Shown piece after piece: positions 42,717 through 43,258 of a stretch of 43,258 nt of DNA. The translations under genes and the position numbers were made by a program. The notes beneath the pieces are model-generated. The model had not been told where the DNA came from. It worked only from the letters and a program-made list of their open reading frames with translations, and ran no database searches. The stretch's first letter is position 1, and every line of letters begins with the position of its first letter. The DNA comes from a virus (taxonomy: Duplodnaviria > Caudoviricetes). The stretch covers positions 1 through 43,258 of the IMG/VR virus record IMGVR_UViG_3300027740_000046; one strand, given 5' to 3'.

Positions 42717-43079
42717 TCAATTCAGCGGTCGAAACGTGATTACCACTACCTCGGGATCTGTAATACAGAGATTAGGGTGTAGTTGCCTCCATACGGAGAA
42801 ATAACCCGCCCGGGTAGGTGGCTCGACACATTCGGCGATGGCGTCTTCGTCCGTTAGATCGTACAAGGGCTCTATCTTTACACTCTCTATCCAAACATAA
42901 GCCTCCACGGCGGATAATCTTTTGCGTTTTAGGCCCACGCGCGTTTCGCTGCGCCAGCATAGGCCGCCGTCGGCTAGCCAGGATGAATCTTTCAGTAAGC
43001 GCCTGGTCTGCGTTTTCTTGCCAGACAGGCATAACTCAATCGCGTCAGCCCGGAATGACATTAATAGTGGGCGGCTCAT
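42717..43079 (-). CDS. ASCH/PUA-like domain protein
   Basis: LSGKKTQTRR, IESVKIEPLYDLTDEDAIAE, P.VVVITF. Confidence 0.82.
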   Translation of the reverse strand: MSRPLLMSFRADAIELCLSGKKTQTRRLLKDSSWLADGGLCWRSETRVGLKRKRLSAVEAYVWIESVKIEPLYDLTDEDAIAECVEPPTRAGYFSVWRQLHPNLCITDPEVVVITFRPLN

Positions 43080-43096
43080 TTCGGTATCTCCCTTAT

Positions 43097-43258
43097 CCGG
43101 TCGCGACTCATAAGCCGTCGCGCTGGCATTGGTTGCCGCTGACCGGTAGCGGCCGCTACTGCTTCGCTAGCACGGTTATATTCGATAAGCCTCTTTGATT
43201 TCATCGAATAGCGCCGAGGCGCGTTGCGTTAACTCATCGAGTTTGTCTCTGTGCTCCC
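43097..43258. repeat. Terminal direct repeat / circular assembly overlap, right copy
   Basis: Matches 1-162 with one mismatch. Confidence 0.95.
43100..43135 (-). repeat. Solo CRISPR repeat copy A
   Basis: Perfect 36/36 reverse-complement match. Confidence 0.97.

Overview
This window is an apparently complete, circularly assembled phage genome of about 43.1 kb (162-bp end overlap, 1-162 = 43097-43258). The leftward arm carries RecT, YqaJ, ASCH-like and excisionase-like genes, with a divergent promoter/HTH switch at about 3.8 kb. The rightward arm carries an adenine methylase, an iteron-like origin, a Toprim primase, an intein-containing SF2 helicase, VRR-NUC, terminases, a full Mu-like head and contractile tail set, fibres and lysis/secreted genes. 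I found no integrase or transposase. The main finding is a compact (498 aa) type V, Cas12m-like effector with an apparently degenerate RuvC-II motif, whose stop codon lies inside the first repeat of a 4-repeat array. Ten more copies of the same 36-bp repeat are spread over both arms, always in the local direction of transcription. They flank whole genes, sit exactly 20 nt before start codons, or read in frame inside genes, and one is followed directly by an anti-repeat. This suggests CRISPR repeats reused as mRNA processing or regulatory sites. The helicase intein also hides a Vsr/DUF559-like endonuclease in a second reading frame. All family calls come from motif recognition, not database searches.
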